DNA of 64,000 nucleotides from Vicugna vicugna (taxonomy: Eukaryota), in NCBI GenBank assembly GCA_013265495.1, contig MU058337.1, positions 1,232,777 to 1,296,776 of the forward strand, written 5' to 3'. A model generated the notes under the pieces. That model did no database searches and had not been told where the DNA came from. It saw nothing but the letters and a program-made list of their open reading frames with translations. Shown here one piece after another: positions 61,518 through 64,000 of the stretch. Each line of letters begins with the position of its first letter. The stretch's first letter is position 1. The translations under genes were made by a program, and so were the position numbers.

Positions 61518-62894
61518 GTCCTCCAACAACGAATTATTAATTTTCCTCCCACATGCAAAATATACACATCCCCTCCAAAACCACCCATACATTCTAACTA
61601 TTAAGCAGCAACTGAGACTCAAGTATTAGCATCTAAGTCAAATCCTGTTGCAAATGAAGCTCCACAGATGTGGTTCCTTGAATACAGTTCCCCCCAATTG
61701 AAGACCTGTCAACGGAAGATCTGTGCCACGCTGTATGTAATGGAGGGACAAGCTTAGGTATTCAGTGTAAACACTCCCTTTTAAAAATGATAAAACAGAG
61801 AACACACAGGAGTCACTGGTCCACGGCAGTTCTGAAACCTAGCAGAGCACAGGCTGACAGCTGCTTGATTAGGAGTTAAAGCCTGGGAATGAGTCTTCAT
61901 AGCTTATGGCTCTGCCCTGTTACCCTCTTGGTTTTTTTTTCTCTTTGAATAATTATTTTCCGTAAAAGGCAGCTTGTGTTTTCAACTGAATTGTTTTCTA
62001 TTTCTTGTTTGTAGAAATTTGGGGTTCCAAAGGCCTCTTTTCAATTCTACTGTTTCTGTCCCTTACAGTTCAAGCCAATAATGTTTTCACCAATAAGCTT
62101 CCCTTAAAAACTTTGTGGGTCTCCTATGATCCCTGTTGGCACTCACTCCATTAGACAAAAGCCACAAACATCTCCCAAGATGTTTTGTGAGAGAAGGCTT
62201 CCTCTACCTTTGGCTTCCTCTGAGACTGACAAGGAACAGCAATTTTAAGCTTTTCAGAAACTTAGTTTCTGAATGACCCTGAGGTACACATTAGATATGT
62301 CTGCAGTCTTCACAAAGGACTGTACAGTCTCATCTGCAGCTATCTCTTCATATCATGTCTTCCTGGCAGTGCTCTGGATTTGACCTTGGCCCTAGAGCTA
62401 TCTTTAACTTCAGCACCATTTGCTTTCTAGAGGGCCTGGGACTTCCAAAATTAGCAATTCCTGTCTCCTTTATGCTTCATAGATCTTCCTTCAGTCTATT
62501 TCTGTTTTCTTGCATTTTACTGTAAGCGGCAAGCAGAAGCCGGGTAATCCCTTTAATCGTCTGCCTAGAAGTCAGCTAGATCCTCCGATTCGTTAGCTCC
62601 ATTTTCTGCTCTCCACACTGCTTTCACCAGGGTTGCTAGCACCTTATGCTACCACAAAACGAGAATGGGTTACTTCCAGATTCTAATAATATTTTCCTCA
62701 CTTTTCGTTAAGCCCTCACTTGCAGTCTTGGCGAAAACCATCAGGCTTCTATTAACGATCGCTTCAGACCTCAAGCTTTCATGAAAACCCTCCTCCAAGT
62801 CCCTCCAGCTTCCACCGATGGAGCAATTCCACAGCCAAGCCCACATTTTTAGCTTTTTGCTATGGCCGTGCCCCACTGCCAAGATACCAAATTC
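61518..62894 (-). mobile_element. MaLR internal region (MLT1-int), decayed
   Basis: Ends with ccccactgccaagataccaaatt next to the LTR; ORF 62670-62882 (LKMWAWLWNCSIGGSWRDLEE...ASEGLTKSEENIIRIWK) resembles the N-terminal MaLR internal ORF as recalled; cctcccacatgcaaaatatacacatcccctcc at the other end. Confidence 0.75.
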
Positions 62895-63050
62895 TGCATT
62901 AGTTTAACTGTAGCTAGATAACAAACTACTCCAAAACTTAGTGACTTGAAATAAAAATGATCGTCTACTGTCTGGCATTTTCTTTGTACATGAGATGCAG
63001 TATTTCTTTTGATATAGTCATGGTGGTTTACTGGGTAATTTGATATTTGA
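62895..63050 (-). mobile_element. Partial second MLT1 LTR of the same provirus
   Basis: tgcattagttt...gataacaaactactccaaaacttagtgacttgaaataa is homologous to 60475-60545. Confidence 0.7.
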
Positions 63051-63184
63051 GAGGCGCTTGTTTGCATGGGTCAGATGAGAAAAAGCTGGAGTTCATCAGT
63101 ATTTTATGACATATTTGCAATAAATATGGACACTGGAAAACATCTACAAATAAGGCAATGTGCATATGTACTTGGTAAATCATA

Positions 63185-63710
63185 GCTATTTCAATTCCGT
63201 ACTCATTGAGTGTTGTCTTAAAGGAACCGCGGTCTCACGGGGAAGGCAGCAGTACGTATAGGTGTCTGCAGTACAACACTAATTACCATATTCACAGCAG
63301 AGGAGCTAATAAAGTGCTATGAAAGTCTGAATAGGGAATACTCATTTTGACCAATTGGATCGGGATTTGTCTCAGAAAACTCAACTCTGGATGATAAATA
63401 AAATTTTCTTTCAAGAAGGGAAGAGATTATCTAAGTGAAGGAGACAAATGGAGGGAAAGATCTGGAGGCACCATAGGCTCACGACCTGATTTACAAAGTG
63501 GGAGGAACCTCGGGACTGGGAAGAGACATGGATGGAGCAGGCAGAGTGTGAGGGAGAGGTCTGAGTTAGGCTGAGGCTAGATTTGGGGGTGGGGGCTGTC
63601 CGGGGGATTCTGAACGCCTGACTCACAACCCACTGAAGGCAAAGGGGAATGGTGATTTTTGAGGAGGGAAATGACACATTAGGGATGTGTTTCACAAACC
63701 ATTATTAATC
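63185..63710 (-). mobile_element. L2 fragment
   Basis: aaagtgctatgaaagtctgaatagggaa...ggatggagcaggcagagtgtgaggga...gatttttgaggagggaaatgacacattag. Confidence 0.55.
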
Positions 63711-64000
63711 TTTTCTTCCATTTTAACACCTCCTGGATTTTCTGTGAGAACTCAGTATATTAATACATGAGAATGAAAGAATAAGCAAAGGGCTGGAATA
63801 GCTGTGGCTGGAACATAATGAAGAAAAATATTTGGAAATACTTCTCTTTAAATGCTCCCACTTCATTTCAATCACAGTAAAAATAACGACAAAGAATCAT
63901 GGCTCATTCTCTAATCGGATGCAAAGAAGGAAATAATCAGGGCTCCACGTCCCAAAATAGCAGCGGAACAGGAGTTTTCTTTGAAGGGTCTTTCGTGATT

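Noticed and set aside
1..64000. CRISPR arrays, operons or prokaryotic defence systems
   Set aside because: No regularly spaced repeat-spacer arrays or gene-dense ORFs; the sequence is mammalian and dominated by interspersed repeats

Overview
This is mammalian (placental) nuclear genomic DNA, not prokaryotic. It is probably camelid: it contains a short tRNA-derived SINE resembling the camelid Vic-1 family and artiodactyl-type L1, Tigger and MER41-like elements, and I saw no ruminant Bov-B/Bov-tA, pig PRE-1 or primate Alu elements. I could not find any credible protein-coding exon. The long ORFs are explained by GC richness, microsatellites or transposon remnants. The window contains a strong CpG island at ~3.4-4.9 kb (probable promoter), two smaller CpG/GC-box-rich promoter- or enhancer-like patches (~23.9 kb, ~38.4-39.0 kb), and several short + strand segments with good splice signals that could belong to a spliced non-coding transcript or 5'UTR. 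It also holds a dense fossil record of repeats (MIR, L2, L1, hAT-Charlie MERs, Tiggers, MaLR/ERVL/ERV1 LTRs), including nested insertions and a near-complete MaLR LTR-int-LTR provirus at 60.5-63 kb. Repeat family names come from recalled consensus motifs and need RepeatMasker/Dfam confirmation, and most boundaries are approximate. I found no convincing novel biological system. The most notable oddities are a ~36-55 bp local duplication inside a composite insertion, a fold-back L1 5' junction, a CpG-gaining patch inside an old L1 and the candidate spliced lncRNA.
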